A stretch of 64,000 bases of DNA from Gammaproteobacteria bacterium (GCA_965224825.1 CBDDAG010000003.1:201414-265413), one strand, 5' to 3'. Positions 9,249 to 19,695 are shown, counted from the first letter of the stretch. Notes: generated by a model not told the origin, from the letters alone. Translations and numbers: made by a program.

Positions 9249-9340
9249 TGGCGGAGAGAGAGGGATTCGAACCCTCGATACGGTTTAACCCGTATACACG
9301 CTTTCCAAGCGGGCGCCTTCAGCCACTCGGCCACCTCTCC
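9249..9340 (-). tRNA. tRNA-Ser (anticodon GGA), class II with long variable arm, CCA encoded
   Basis: Reverse complement GGAGAGGTGGCCGAGTGGCTGAAGGCGCCCGCTTGGAAAGCGTG...GGTTCGAATCCCTCTCTCTCCGCCA. Near-identical in architecture to E. coli tRNA-Ser(GGA); anticodon loop TTGGAAA. Confidence 0.85.
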
Positions 9341-9395
9341 TGATCTCTGTTTGTATTACTCTACGAAGGGCGAGAAGGGTAAACCAGTTTGGTGT

Positions 9396-9797
9396 TTAGC
9401 GCAATCCTGTTCGGCGGGCTGGTTCTTCAAATTTGATGTTGTTGATACGGCTCATTAATTCTGCTTCGCCTTTTGAAAGACCACAAGTCTGGATCAACTC
9501 GTCTACAGTTGCGCCTTTGTCCATAAGTAGAACAGCTTGTTCATAATGGGAGTCATTGGTGCTCAAAGCGCTGAGATCGTTTTGTCGAACAGTAACGCTT
9601 CTGATCAGTTTTTGTTGCTTTTCAAATCGCTGACTGATTCCGCGCATACACAAGATAAGACCTTGCAGATTCTGATGCATTTGATGTGTGGATTTTTCCT
9701 GCGTTTGCATAGATTGTTTTAGTTGGAAAAACTGCCACCCAAGCCAGCCACAGATGCCCAGACAAATGGTCAACCCTGATATGAGAAATATAATCAT
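9396..9797 (-). CDS. DUF2802-family protein (flagellar-cluster associated, follows cheW as PA1465 does in Pseudomonas)
   Basis: N-terminal TM, C-terminal ...CGLSKGEAELM motif, and position after cheW. Confidence 0.55.
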   Translation of the reverse strand: MIIFLISGLTICLGICGWLGWQFFQLKQSMQTQEKSTHQMHQNLQGLILCMRGISQRFEKQQKLIRSVTVRQNDLSALSTNDSHYEQAVLLMDKGATVDELIQTCGLSKGEAELMSRINNIKFEEPARRTGLR

Positions 9798-10019
9798 GAT
9801 CTATTTTGCTTGTCTATCGTTTCAGGCAAACTCATCAATATGTCCGTTTTCACTTCTGGATGGATATCGTTCAGACTGGCTATTGTCTTCTTCATCTTCT
9901 TGATCTTTTTTCTGACGCTGACGTTCCTCTGCATCTTTTTGTTGCACAGGTTTGACCGGCAGCACCGGAAAAGATTTGATCGAGTTGATTGCCATTCTGA
10001 AAATAAATAAACAATAATA

Positions 10020-10499
10020 TTAGAAGGAGCCTACATCGCTCCATTCGTCATCGCTGAGGAATTTATTTAGATCAACAAGGATCAAAATATCTTCTTCCCG
10101 ACTGAAAACGCCCTGGATGTATTTCGAGCTTTCTTCGTTACCAACATTCGGTGCTGTTTCAATTTGTGAGCCACGCAGGTTCACAACTTCAGCAACACTA
10201 TCTACCAGAATACCAACGATGTTGTTGTCAGATTCGATGATCACAATTCTCGTAGAATCATCAGCTTCTGTTGGCATCAGACCAAAGCGTTTACGTGTTT
10301 CGATAACCGTTACGACATTACCACGCAAGTTGATAATCCCGATAACATAATCAGGAGCACCAGGAACCGGCGCAATTTCGGTCATTCGCAATACTTCCTG
10401 TACCTGCATCACATTAATACCATAAGTTTCGCCATCCAGACGAAAAGTTACCCACTGGATGACCGGATCTTCTACTGCTTCAACTAATGCGTTAGTCAT
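10020..10499 (-). CDS. cheW: chemotaxis coupling protein CheW
   Basis: 159 aa single CheW domain (FRLDGETYGINVMQVQEV...IGIINLRG). Confidence 0.9.
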   Translation of the reverse strand: MTNALVEAVEDPVIQWVTFRLDGETYGINVMQVQEVLRMTEIAPVPGAPDYVIGIINLRGNVVTVIETRKRFGLMPTEADDSTRIVIIESDNNIVGILVDSVAEVVNLRGSQIETAPNVGNEESSKYIQGVFSREEDILILVDLNKFLSDDEWSDVGSF

Positions 10500-10577
10500 A
10501 ATACTTTTCCTGTTCTGTTTGTTTTGCTTTAATCAAAATTGATTAATTAAAATTAAATAAAGCATGGTTTGTGCCAA

Positions 10578-11234
10578 TTATTTGATCGGCTTTGCACCAT
10601 CATCGAGATACTTAATAAATTCATCGCCGTCGAGCAATGCGCAGAGGTGTTCTTTGATCATGCCAAGCATCCAGGGACGACGTCTTTCTGCACCACTCCA
10701 ACGAACCTGTTCTGGTTCCAGCATAACGGCACGATCAGCGCTGTGACAGGCAAGCCCCCAGCGACCATCACCAATTTGTACAATGAACTCGGGAGCTTTC
10801 AGTTCTTCATCACCATCAACTTCACGGTTATTACTTAATAAAAAGAGTTTTCGAGCATTGACCACTTGAATACTCTGGCCATGTGATTTGAATGTTCCAT
10901 CCACCCACGAAGCAGTATTCGGTAATTGAGTAAGTTCATCAGGATATTTTCTGATACCACTCATGGCCTCCATTGGGATCGCGATATCCATTCCATCAAT
11001 ATCAATAAACAGGGTTTGAAATGCTTTTTCTGCCCATTCCGGTTGTCCATCCAACAACGTGTTTTCGGCAACCTCTTCTGCTTGTTCAGTATCGACTTTG
11101 GTAATAGTTTCGGGTGCAATTTGATCTTCTACGATTGCTGTTTCAGGTTGTTCATGAAACAATCCCTCGAGATAAAGGCTCAGTGCTTCTCTCTGATCAG
11201 AAATTTTGACTTGTCCTTCTAATATCGTACTCAT
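10578..11234 (-). CDS. CheW-like domain protein (PA1463-type)
   Basis: 218 aa, acidic N-terminus plus CheW-like fold; conserved position between the parA-like gene and cheW. Confidence 0.7.
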   Translation of the reverse strand: MSTILEGQVKISDQREALSLYLEGLFHEQPETAIVEDQIAPETITKVDTEQAEEVAENTLLDGQPEWAEKAFQTLFIDIDGMDIAIPMEAMSGIRKYPDELTQLPNTASWVDGTFKSHGQSIQVVNARKLFLLSNNREVDGDEELKAPEFIVQIGDGRWGLACHSADRAVMLEPEQVRWSGAERRRPWMLGMIKEHLCALLDGDEFIKYLDDGAKPIK

Positions 11235-12016
11235 GAGATGCTTTCCAATTCTCTTTCCAGCAGATCATCCAGTAAAGCCTGATATGCCAGAGAACCTCGT
11301 GATTGAGGTTTCATTAAAGGTAAAGGCAGGCCAGCTTTACTGGCTTCTCTGAAATTTGTATCCACCGGGATCACCATTTCCCACAACTTTTCGGCATAGT
11401 TTTCCTGAAGAAATTTCAGACTGTCATGCGAGGCACGGGTGCGTCGATCAAACATGGTCGGGATGATCAGTTCTTCAAATGGAAGTTTGTGTGCATGACG
11501 CATGAGTTCAAATGTATGTTGAATTCGTTCCAGCCCTTTTAGCGCCAAAAATTCTGTTTGTACCGGAACGATCACACGATCGCTGGCCGCCAATGCATTG
11601 ACTAAAAGAACACCTAACATGGGAGGACAGTCGATGATCACATGATCAAAATGGCTTCCCCAACGATCCAGTGCATTTTTGATCACAACACCCATGCCAC
11701 CACGTGATCCGAATTGTCGATCAAGTGAAACCAGTGATGTGGACGCGGGTAATAAACTGAGTTTTGGCACTCTGGTTCGTTGTAAAACAGAGGCCATCGA
11801 AATTTTCGTATTGTTCGCTGCGGCCTGAAAAAGTGAATAAACACTTTCTTCGACTGAATCTGGATCAAGACCAAAATAACTGGTCATCGAACCATGCGGA
11901 TCGAGATCGATCATTAGGGTCTCATGTCCTCTGTCAGCAAGAATTCCTGCCAGAGAAACAGCCGTAGTTGTTTTACCAACGCCACCTTTTTGATTAGCGA
12001 TTGTCCAGACCTTCAT
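11231..12016 (-). CDS. ParA/MinD-family ATPase of the flagellar/chemotaxis cluster
   Basis: Deviant Walker A KGGVGKTT; 261 aa; overlaps neighbouring genes by 4 nt. Confidence 0.8.
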   Translation of the reverse strand: MKVWTIANQKGGVGKTTTAVSLAGILADRGHETLMIDLDPHGSMTSYFGLDPDSVEESVYSLFQAAANNTKISMASVLQRTRVPKLSLLPASTSLVSLDRQFGSRGGMGVVIKNALDRWGSHFDHVIIDCPPMLGVLLVNALAASDRVIVPVQTEFLALKGLERIQHTFELMRHAHKLPFEELIIPTMFDRRTRASHDSLKFLQENYAEKLWEMVIPVDTNFREASKAGLPLPLMKPQSRGSLAYQALLDDLLERELESIS

Positions 12017-12909
12017 TCTTCAAAACCCTCAGGACCAAGAGGTGTAATCGTATGTAAAATTTCCGGGCCATTATTATTTTGCTCAGCCTCACGAGATTCT
12101 GATCGTGCAGCATCCACCTGCAATCGAGAGGCATCTGTAGAAATCATGATCACAATACGACGGTTTTCATTCCGCCCAACAGCGGTTGAATTGTCAGCAA
12201 TGGGTCTGTATTCACCATAGCCCACTGCGGCCATTCTTTGCGGATCAATTTCCTGTTGTGTGAAATGATTAACAACACTGGCAGCACGCGCAGCAGATAG
12301 TTCCCAGTTAGATGGAAAAGTTGCCGTTTTGATCGGACGATCATCGGTAAACCCTTCAACACGAAGCGGGTTTCTGAAATCAGAAATAACTTCAATGAGT
12401 TGATCCAGAACGGGACCTGCCTGATCAGATAATTTTGCATGTCCACTGCCAAATAACACCTGGCTGCTCATGTTGATCTCGACCCACTTTTCATTAAGCT
12501 CCACATCAAATCCAGCTTCTTCCAGTTTTTCTGCAGCACCTTTGAGTTCATTGACGATCTGCTCACCATCTTTATAACCTTCAGGAATTTCATCATTTCC
12601 TTCATTCGGTGATTCGTAACCAGTTCTTGGTTTGTAGTCCGGCAAAATACCTTCGCCCGATCTGATTTGTTTTTCTGGATCTATGGTTCTGAGAATTTCA
12701 CCAATTTGAATCGGTTCAAGACCACGTAAAGGATGTTCATGAAATGCATCTTCCATTGAAGAAGATAAGACTCGAAATTTGCCCTCATTCACAGACGACA
12801 CAGAATACATAACCACAAAAAAAGCAAACAAAAGCGTAATGAAATCGGCATAGGAAACTAACCATCGCTCATGGTTTTCGTGTTCCTCTTCGTATCGTCT
12901 ATTACGCAT
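12013..12909 (-). CDS. motD: flagellar stator protein MotD (MotB-like, OmpA-type peptidoglycan-binding domain)
   Basis: N-terminal TM with conserved Asp region (LVSYADFITLLFAFF); C-terminal OmpA-like domain. Confidence 0.8.
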   Translation of the reverse strand: MRNRRYEEEHENHERWLVSYADFITLLFAFFVVMYSVSSVNEGKFRVLSSSMEDAFHEHPLRGLEPIQIGEILRTIDPEKQIRSGEGILPDYKPRTGYESPNEGNDEIPEGYKDGEQIVNELKGAAEKLEEAGFDVELNEKWVEINMSSQVLFGSGHAKLSDQAGPVLDQLIEVISDFRNPLRVEGFTDDRPIKTATFPSNWELSAARAASVVNHFTQQEIDPQRMAAVGYGEYRPIADNSTAVGRNENRRIVIMISTDASRLQVDAARSESREAEQNNNGPEILHTITPLGPEGFEE

Positions 12910-12946
12910 GGCTGAATATAATACTGTTTAAAAATTCTTCTGCTAA

Positions 12947-13687
12947 TTAGTGCAAGAATGATTCTAGTCTGAGTGCAATCACCTGTGGATTTTCACCTTC
13001 CGCAATAGCTATCAAACCTTCCGTCAACATGTCCTGATAGCGTGATCGTTGGCGAACAATACTTTTCAACTTGGCCGCGGCAGGTAATAAAAACAGATTG
13101 GCAATACCAACTCCATATATTGTGGCAACAAAAGCCACAGCAATACCGCCACCTAATTTACTTGGATCAGAAAGGTTTCCCATAACATGAATCAAACCCA
13201 TTACCGCACCAATAATACCAACTGTTGGCGCATAACCGCCCATACCTTCAAACACTTTTGCAGCCTGGAAATCACGATCTTCCTGAGCAATAATTTCCAG
13301 CTCCATCGTCTTTCTAACGACTTCTGGTTCATTGCCATCGACCAGCAATTGCAAACCTTTTCGGGAAAAAATATCAGTCTCCGTTTCAGATGCTTTTTCA
13401 AGCCCAAGCAAACCTTCACGACGGGCAACATTGCTCCACTGTAAAATTTTATCCAGTGATTCCTGCATCGGTAAAACAGGTGGTTTGACCAACCATGGCA
13501 ACATCTTCATTGATCGCAAAAATATATGCAGAGGTGACTGCACCATAATGGCACCCAGTGTCCCCCCTGTGACTATCAGAAAAGCTGGCCCATTGATCAA
13601 AGTACCCAGATGGCCACCTTCAAGGGACTGTCCAAGAATGATCGCACCGAAGGCAACAACAACACCGATAAGTGTTAAAAAATCCAT
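12947..13687 (-). CDS. motC: flagellar stator protein MotC (MotA/PomA-like)
   Basis: 246 aa, 4 TM helices, MotA/ExbB family. Confidence 0.8.
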   Translation of the reverse strand: MDFLTLIGVVVAFGAIILGQSLEGGHLGTLINGPAFLIVTGGTLGAIMVQSPLHIFLRSMKMLPWLVKPPVLPMQESLDKILQWSNVARREGLLGLEKASETETDIFSRKGLQLLVDGNEPEVVRKTMELEIIAQEDRDFQAAKVFEGMGGYAPTVGIIGAVMGLIHVMGNLSDPSKLGGGIAVAFVATIYGVGIANLFLLPAAAKLKSIVRQRSRYQDMLTEGLIAIAEGENPQVIALRLESFLH

Positions 13688-13689
13688 AC

Positions 13690-14742
13690 TTATATTTCCT
13701 CAACCAAAGCTTCGCTAGCAGACATACTCAAAGTCTCACTAATTAGATCAAGCGACATAATCTGATCGGTTATCCCAGCCTTCGCAACAGCCATGGGCAT
13801 ACCATAAACAACAGAGCTGGCTTCATCCTGCGCCCAGATTTCTGATCCACCCTGTTTTAATTTTCGTGCACCTTCACATCCATCAGATCCCATTCCTGTA
13901 AGAATTAATGCGAGAACCTTGCTGGGATAAATTTCAGCAAGTGATTGATATGTGACGTCGATACAAGGTCGATAATTTAATGATGGGTCACCTTCGGTAA
14001 CTTCAAGTACAACTTCCCTGCCATTTTTTCTTGCCATCATTTGCTGCCCGCCAGGAGCAACATATGCACAACCTGGAAACAAGGCATCACCATTTTCTGC
14101 CTGCTTCACAGAAATGTTACACATCTGATTTAATCGTTCAGAAAACATCGGCGTGAACGTACCGGGCATGTGTTGAATAACTACGATCGGTAATGGGAAA
14201 TCCTGCGGAAGGTTTTTTAAAACTTGTTGTACGGCGACAGGCCCGCCAGTGGATGCACCCACGGCCAGAATATCGAAATTTCCCAGTGTCGCTTTCACAG
14301 TGTTCTTTTGCTTGATATTGACCGCTTTCAGAGGTGGTTTTTTTCTTTTCTTCGCAACAGAAATAACACTATTACAAATCTTTTTTCCTGCCTTCTCTCG
14401 ATGCTCTACAATCTCATGAAAATCCTTGGTCAGAAAATCCACAGCTCCAGCATCCATCGCTTCAAAAGTCGCTTTCGCACCGCGCTTAGTTGCTGATGAA
14501 ATCATTAACACAGGCGTTGGACAAGCAGCCATAATTTTTCTTACTGCGGAGATCCCATCCATCACCGGCATCTCAACATCCATCGTGATCACATCCGGTT
14601 TTAAAGCCTGTGTTTTCTCTATCGCCTCTTGACCATTCGATGCAATACCGACGACTTCAATCGACGGATCAGCATCCAGCACTTCCTGTAATCGGTGCTG
14701 GTAAAAAATGGAGTCATCAACGACAAGGACACGGATTTTCAT
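13690..14742 (-). CDS. cheB: chemotaxis response regulator protein-glutamate methylesterase CheB
   Basis: Receiver domain (VLVVDDS...D) plus methylesterase domain (GASTGGP, catalytic triad region). Confidence 0.9.
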   Translation of the reverse strand: MKIRVLVVDDSIFYQHRLQEVLDADPSIEVVGIASNGQEAIEKTQALKPDVITMDVEMPVMDGISAVRKIMAACPTPVLMISSATKRGAKATFEAMDAGAVDFLTKDFHEIVEHREKAGKKICNSVISVAKKRKKPPLKAVNIKQKNTVKATLGNFDILAVGASTGGPVAVQQVLKNLPQDFPLPIVVIQHMPGTFTPMFSERLNQMCNISVKQAENGDALFPGCAYVAPGGQQMMARKNGREVVLEVTEGDPSLNYRPCIDVTYQSLAEIYPSKVLALILTGMGSDGCEGARKLKQGGSEIWAQDEASSVVYGMPMAVAKAGITDQIMSLDLISETLSMSASEALVEEI

Positions 14743-14765
14743 TGGTTTCTAATAATTTCTCGCAA

Positions 14766-16853
14766 TCAATATCTGCTTGCGTAATGTCCGATCAGACTTG
14801 GTAGATCAAGAATCAAAGCAATTCGGCCATCACCCGTAATCGTGGCTCCGGCAAGACCTTTAGTACCTTGTAGATTAGAGCCCAAAGGTTTGATAACTAC
14901 CTCTTCCTGTCCGATCAAATGATCAACTAATAAGCCAACCTGTTGTGTGCCAACATTAACGATAACAACATGCCCCGGACTTTTACTTTCGACACCAAAC
15001 CCGGCATTCGCTACCAACCATTGACTCAGGTTGAATATTGGCAAAGCTTTACCACGAACAACCAACACATTCTGCCCATCAACGACGTTGGTTTCGCCCT
15101 GATCAAAATCCATAATTTCTTTTACATTAACTAATGGCAGAGCAAAAATTTGTTCTCCCAGAATCACCATCAGCGTTGGCATAATCGCCAGTGTTAACGG
15201 TAGTTTAATTGAGAGTTTTGTACCTTCACCAAACTTGGAATCAATTTCGACAATACCGTTCAATTGGCTGATACGGGTTTTCACCACGTCCATACCAACA
15301 CCACGACCGGACACATCTGAGACCTCAACTTTGGTAGAAAAACCGGCAGAGAAAATCAGCTCGAAACATTCACGATCATCAAGTCGCGCAGCAGCATCAG
15401 CATCCATCATGCCTTTTTCCACCGCCTTGGCACGTAGCACTTCAGGATCCATTCCGGCACCATCATCAGAAATAGTGATCAAAACATGATCACCTTCCTG
15501 TGCAGCACCAAGTCTCAAAGTACCCTGCCTATCTTTACCGTTCGCTTCACGAACATCTGGCATTTCGATACCATGATCGACAGCATTTCGAACCAGATGC
15601 ACTAATGGATCAGCTAATGCTTCAACCAGGTTTTTATCCAGATCGGTATCTTCACCAAACATTTCCAGATTGATTTCGCGCCCCAAAGTTCTGGCAAGAT
15701 CTCTAACCACACGTGGGAACTTACCAAATATTTTCTTGATCGGTTGCATTCGTGTTTTCAACACGACCGTTTGTAAATCTGCGGTGATCACATCCAATGA
15801 TGCTGCTGTCTTTGTCATGTCCTCATTGCCGATGGTTTCTTCGAGATTCGACATACGATTCCTGATCAAAACCAACTCACCCACCAGATTCATAATACTA
15901 TCCAGCGTACTGGTTTCTACACGCACTGTGCTTTCTGCTGCTGGCGGAGGTGTTTTCGCTTTCGGCTTAGCTTCTTTTTCTTTAGCCGGAGCTATTTCTT
16001 TTGCTTCCGGTTTTGATTCTTCTGCTTTCGCCTGTTCTGGCTCTTTTTCAGATTCTTCTTTTGATGCTTCAACTTTTTCTTCTGGAGCAGCCTGAACTGC
16101 CTCAGTAGAAGTTGCTTCATCAGAACTTACTGCACCATGTTTTCCTTTGCCATGAAGGTCATCCAAAAGTTGATCAAACTCATCTTCGGTAATATCACCC
16201 TCTTTCGCTTCCATCTTAGTGATAGCTTTTTCTGCAGGCTTATCTTCTGATGAAACCGTTGTTGGCGATCCACCTGAACCATGAAGGTCATCCAAAAGCG
16301 CTTCAAATTCATCTTCTGTAATATCACCTTCTTTAGCTTCAATTTTTGTGACAGCTTTTTCTTCTGGCGCTTCTTTTCCGCCCAGGGCATCAACTATTCC
16401 ATCAAATTCCTGTTCCGTAATATCTTCAGAAGACGCTGCCGGAGTTGTGCCCTCAAGCACACCATCTTTATCTGCCAAAATTGTTAGCTTACCCATCAAT
16501 TCCGCTGGTGCGGCATCAGGATCTTCACCTGTTCTAATTTGATCAAACATATCATTCAGAACATCAAGAACATTCAGTACGATATCCATCAGATCAGCAT
16601 CAATTTTTCGTTCGCCCTGACGCAACAAATCAAAAATGTCTTCACATTTATGTGCAACATGCACCAGGCTATCCATCGCTAGGAATCCGGCACCACCTTT
16701 AATGGTATGGAATCCACGGAAGACTGCATTCAGAAGATCAGCATCATCTGGAGAAGTTTCCAAATCAACTGCCTGTTCATTTAATAGTTCAAGAATCTCA
16801 CCTGCCTCAACAAGAAAGTCCTGTACAATTTCATCATTTAGATCGATAGCCAT
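14766..16853 (-). CDS. cheA: chemotaxis histidine kinase CheA
   Basis: P1 Hpt (HTIKGGAGFL), long acidic linker with internal repeats, dimerisation, HATPase (DDGAGMD) and CheW-like P5. Confidence 0.9.
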   Translation of the reverse strand: MAIDLNDEIVQDFLVEAGEILELLNEQAVDLETSPDDADLLNAVFRGFHTIKGGAGFLAMDSLVHVAHKCEDIFDLLRQGERKIDADLMDIVLNVLDVLNDMFDQIRTGEDPDAAPAELMGKLTILADKDGVLEGTTPAASSEDITEQEFDGIVDALGGKEAPEEKAVTKIEAKEGDITEDEFEALLDDLHGSGGSPTTVSSEDKPAEKAITKMEAKEGDITEDEFDQLLDDLHGKGKHGAVSSDEATSTEAVQAAPEEKVEASKEESEKEPEQAKAEESKPEAKEIAPAKEKEAKPKAKTPPPAAESTVRVETSTLDSIMNLVGELVLIRNRMSNLEETIGNEDMTKTAASLDVITADLQTVVLKTRMQPIKKIFGKFPRVVRDLARTLGREINLEMFGEDTDLDKNLVEALADPLVHLVRNAVDHGIEMPDVREANGKDRQGTLRLGAAQEGDHVLITISDDGAGMDPEVLRAKAVEKGMMDADAAARLDDRECFELIFSAGFSTKVEVSDVSGRGVGMDVVKTRISQLNGIVEIDSKFGEGTKLSIKLPLTLAIMPTLMVILGEQIFALPLVNVKEIMDFDQGETNVVDGQNVLVVRGKALPIFNLSQWLVANAGFGVESKSPGHVVIVNVGTQQVGLLVDHLIGQEEVVIKPLGSNLQGTKGLAGATITGDGRIALILDLPSLIGHYASRY
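16150..16420. repeat. tandem ~110-125 bp repeats inside the cheA linker (encode KxEAKEGDITEDEF(E/D)xLLDDLHG modules, 2 full and 1 partial)
   Basis: ccatgaaggtcatccaaaag...aatatcacc(c/t)tctttcgcttc recurs at about 16151 and 16278. Confidence 0.65.
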
Positions 16854-16914
16854 AATATTTCTCTATATGTTCTCAATGGAAAACAAAAATTTATTTTTTA
16901 ACTTTTTATACTCT

Positions 16915-17679
16915 TTAGAAACCAAGACTTGAAAGCAGATCGTCAACATCATCCTGACCGTTCACCACATTGTCTTTGCTTTCAGCATTCATCTGTGGTC
17001 CTTCTGCTTCAACTTCACTGACTACTTTTTTCGGTGCAGCTTGTACACCCGTTGCACGAACGAGACCAACCAGCGATTCTTCAACATGTTGCACAACATC
17101 AATGACTTTTCGAATAACCTGACCGGTAATGTCCTGAAAATCCTGTGCCATTAAAATATTGTTCAAACCCACATGAATCTTGTCAGAATTAACGGTTAAT
17201 TCGTCCAGGAAATCAACGAGCTCATCACCCATTTTCTTGAACTCTTCAACATCCATTTCACGCCGCTGAAATTTTGACCAGCCTTCCTGTAACTGTCCGG
17301 CACGAGTACGGATCGTCTCGGACACAGGAAGTATTTCTTCAACAGAATCCATGGTTCGATTTGCTGCTGCTTCGGTTTTTTCTATGACAAAATTTAGTCG
17401 CTCTTTGGCATCCGGAATTTCATTTTCTGCCATTCCTGCCAGATCGGACTCTGTACGAACGCTTGATAGAGAGTCGTGTAACTCCCTTGTCAGTTTTCCG
17501 ATTTCTTCAAACAGACGTGATTCACGTTCTGCAACGATCATTCCTAAAACTTCATCAGTCTGCTCTTCGTTACCTTCCTGAATCGCATCCAGTAAATCAT
17601 TTGCCAGATCTAGTTGTGTTGTTTCCACAATATTCTCCTCCTTATCAGACCGGTTATGCCGGGGTTTCGATGCGTTCAA
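16915..17679 (-). CDS. cheZ: CheY-P phosphatase CheZ
   Basis: 254 aa acidic coiled-coil protein with a CheZ-type C-terminus (DDLLSSLGF); gene order cheY-cheZ. Confidence 0.85.
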   Translation of the reverse strand: MNASKPRHNRSDKEENIVETTQLDLANDLLDAIQEGNEEQTDEVLGMIVAERESRLFEEIGKLTRELHDSLSSVRTESDLAGMAENEIPDAKERLNFVIEKTEAAANRTMDSVEEILPVSETIRTRAGQLQEGWSKFQRREMDVEEFKKMGDELVDFLDELTVNSDKIHVGLNNILMAQDFQDITGQVIRKVIDVVQHVEESLVGLVRATGVQAAPKKVVSEVEAEGPQMNAESKDNVVNGQDDVDDLLSSLGF

Positions 17680-18046
17680 AAATCTTGTCGATTTTTTCTT
17701 TCAGGGTTCCTGCCGTGAATGGTTTTACTACATATCCATTAACGCCAGCCTGTGCAGCTTCAATAATCTGTTCACGTTTTGATTCTGCAGTCACCATCAA
17801 CACAGGAAGATCTTTCAGATTTGGATCAGCCCTGACAGCTTTCAACAAATCAATCCCCTGCATACCGGGCATATTCCAGTCAGTGACCAGAAAATCAAAA
17901 CCGCCGGCTTCCAGTTTTGGCAATGCTGTCTGTCCATCATCCGCTTCGTCTGTGTTGGTAAAACCCAGATCGCGCAACAAGTTTTTTATAATTCGTCTCA
18001 TGGTTGAAAAGTCATCCACAATAAGAATTTTCATATCTTTATTCAC
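17654..18046 (-). CDS. cheY: chemotaxis response regulator CheY
   Basis: 130 aa receiver ([13 protein letters not shown]...[10 protein letters not shown]...GYVVKPF). Confidence 0.9.
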   Translation of the reverse strand: MNKDMKILIVDDFSTMRRIIKNLLRDLGFTNTDEADDGQTALPKLEAGGFDFLVTDWNMPGMQGIDLLKAVRADPNLKDLPVLMVTAESKREQIIEAAQAGVNGYVVKPFTAGTLKEKIDKIFERIETPA

Positions 18047-18064
18047 AATATTTCTCCGTACTTT

Positions 18065-18808
18065 CTATAAAAGATTTATCCAGTCCTGCATTCTTGATTT
18101 CAGTCTGACCAATGCCTGTGAATGGATTTGGCAAACTCTTGATTCACTGACACCGAGTACTTCTCCGGTCTCACGCAAATTCAATTCTTCTTCGTAATAA
18201 AGCGACATCACTAATCGTTCTCGATCAGGTAACGTTGAAATGGCTTTCGTTAAAGCTTCTTTAAACTTCTCCTTTTCCACTTGTTCCGGTGGTGAAATGG
18301 TGTTTTCAACCAGGCTTTCAGAAAAACCTTCTTCACCGGTTACCAGATCTTCAAAGCTAAACATGCGATGACCACTGGCATGCTGCAAAATTTGATAATA
18401 CTCATCCAGCGTGATCTCCATGTGTTCGGCCACTTCAGAATCTTTTGCATCACGACCTGTTTTGCCTTCAACTTCGTTGACTGCCTTGGTCAGCTCTCTT
18501 ACTTTTCGATGTAAAGATCGTGGAGCCCAGTCACCTTTCCGAATCTCATCAAGCATCGATCCCCTGATCCGAATACCGGCATAAGTTTCAAAACTGGCTC
18601 CCTGAGATGGATCATAATTTCTTGATGCTTCCAGCAATCCGATCATTCCGGACTGGATTAGATCATCAACCTGAACACTCGGCGGTAATCGCGTCATCAA
18701 ATGATAGGCGATTCGTTTTACTAACAAACCATGTTGTTCTATCAGATCATTGCTGGCAGGGGCTTTTTCCCTTTTGGCTGTCTTCTTGTACGCCGCCACT
18801 TGACTCAT
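18065..18808 (-). CDS. fliA: flagellar sigma factor FliA (sigma-28)
   Basis: Sigma-70 family regions 2 and 4 (DLIQSGMIGLLEA; LNLRETGEVLGVSESRVCQIHSQA). Confidence 0.9.
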   Translation of the reverse strand: MSQVAAYKKTAKREKAPASNDLIEQHGLLVKRIAYHLMTRLPPSVQVDDLIQSGMIGLLEASRNYDPSQGASFETYAGIRIRGSMLDEIRKGDWAPRSLHRKVRELTKAVNEVEGKTGRDAKDSEVAEHMEITLDEYYQILQHASGHRMFSFEDLVTGEEGFSESLVENTISPPEQVEKEKFKEALTKAISTLPDRERLVMSLYYEEELNLRETGEVLGVSESRVCQIHSQALVRLKSRMQDWINLL

Positions 18809-19695
18809 AATTGCACCTGTTTCTGTTTAGGTTCCGCCTGTACCAATTGCTCAACGAAAAATTGAAGATTTCCATTGGCTTTTTTGGGTACCGACCATTT
18901 ATCGGTTCGATCTGCCAGTCTCTTATATGCCCGTGCTGCGGCTGATCCTGGCAATGCATCAAAAATTGCTTTTCGCTGCTGAACGACCTTACGTGAGTTC
19001 AAGTCGTAAGGAATTGTCCCTACAAGATCCAGCGAAACATTTAAAAATTGTTCGGTTACATCAACTAATTTCTGGAAAATTTTTGCACCTTCCATGGTGC
19101 TTTGTGCCATGTTGGCAAGAATTCTAAATCGACTGATTCCATGATCCTGGTTCAGGACTTTGATCGTCGCATATGCATCGGTGATCGAAGCAGGTTCATT
19201 ACAAACCACCAACATCACTTCTTGTGCTGCAGTACAAAACTTCACGGTACTGGAATTTATCCCGGCAGCCGTATCAATGATCAAAACATCAGCCTGTTTT
19301 GATAAAGAACTAAAAGCATGGATCAATCCTGCCTGCTGAGGTTCTGACAGATCTGCCATCTGCTTGACGCCCGATGATGCCGGAATAACTTTAATTCCAC
19401 GTGGCCCGGGGATAATAATATCTTCCAGATCACACTCTCCATTTAGAACATGTGAGAGATTTAATTTATGTCTCAGCCCCAACATCACATCAACATTTGC
19501 CAACCCAAGATCAGCATCCATTAACATGACACGTTTACCTTTTTCGGCCATCGCCAGTGCCATGTTAATAGCAGCGGTTGTTTTACCAACGCCACCTTTA
19601 CCACTGGTCACAGCAATGACGCGAGTCGTCTCACTACTGTCATACTGGCTTACTGAGCTAGTCGTTGTCCGTGGAGAAATTTCGACAACATTCAT
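18805..19695 (-). CDS. fleN: flagellar number regulator FleN/FlhG (MinD-like ATPase)
   Basis: Deviant Walker A GKGGVGKTT; lies between flhF and fliA. Confidence 0.85.
   Translation of the reverse strand: MNVVEISPRTTTSSVSQYDSSETTRVIAVTSGKGGVGKTTAAINMALAMAEKGKRVMLMDADLGLANVDVMLGLRHKLNLSHVLNGECDLEDIIIPGPRGIKVIPASSGVKQMADLSEPQQAGLIHAFSSLSKQADVLIIDTAAGINSSTVKFCTAAQEVMLVVCNEPASITDAYATIKVLNQDHGISRFRILANMAQSTMEGAKIFQKLVDVTEQFLNVSLDLVGTIPYDLNSRKVVQQRKAIFDALPGSAAARAYKRLADRTDKWSVPKKANGNLQFFVEQLVQAEPKQKQVQL

Noticed and set aside
15235-16542. Several 60-140-aa plus-strand ORFs inside cheA
   Set aside because: They are antisense to a well-supported CheA frame, have low-complexity Ser/Ala-rich translations, and several arise from the repeat region.
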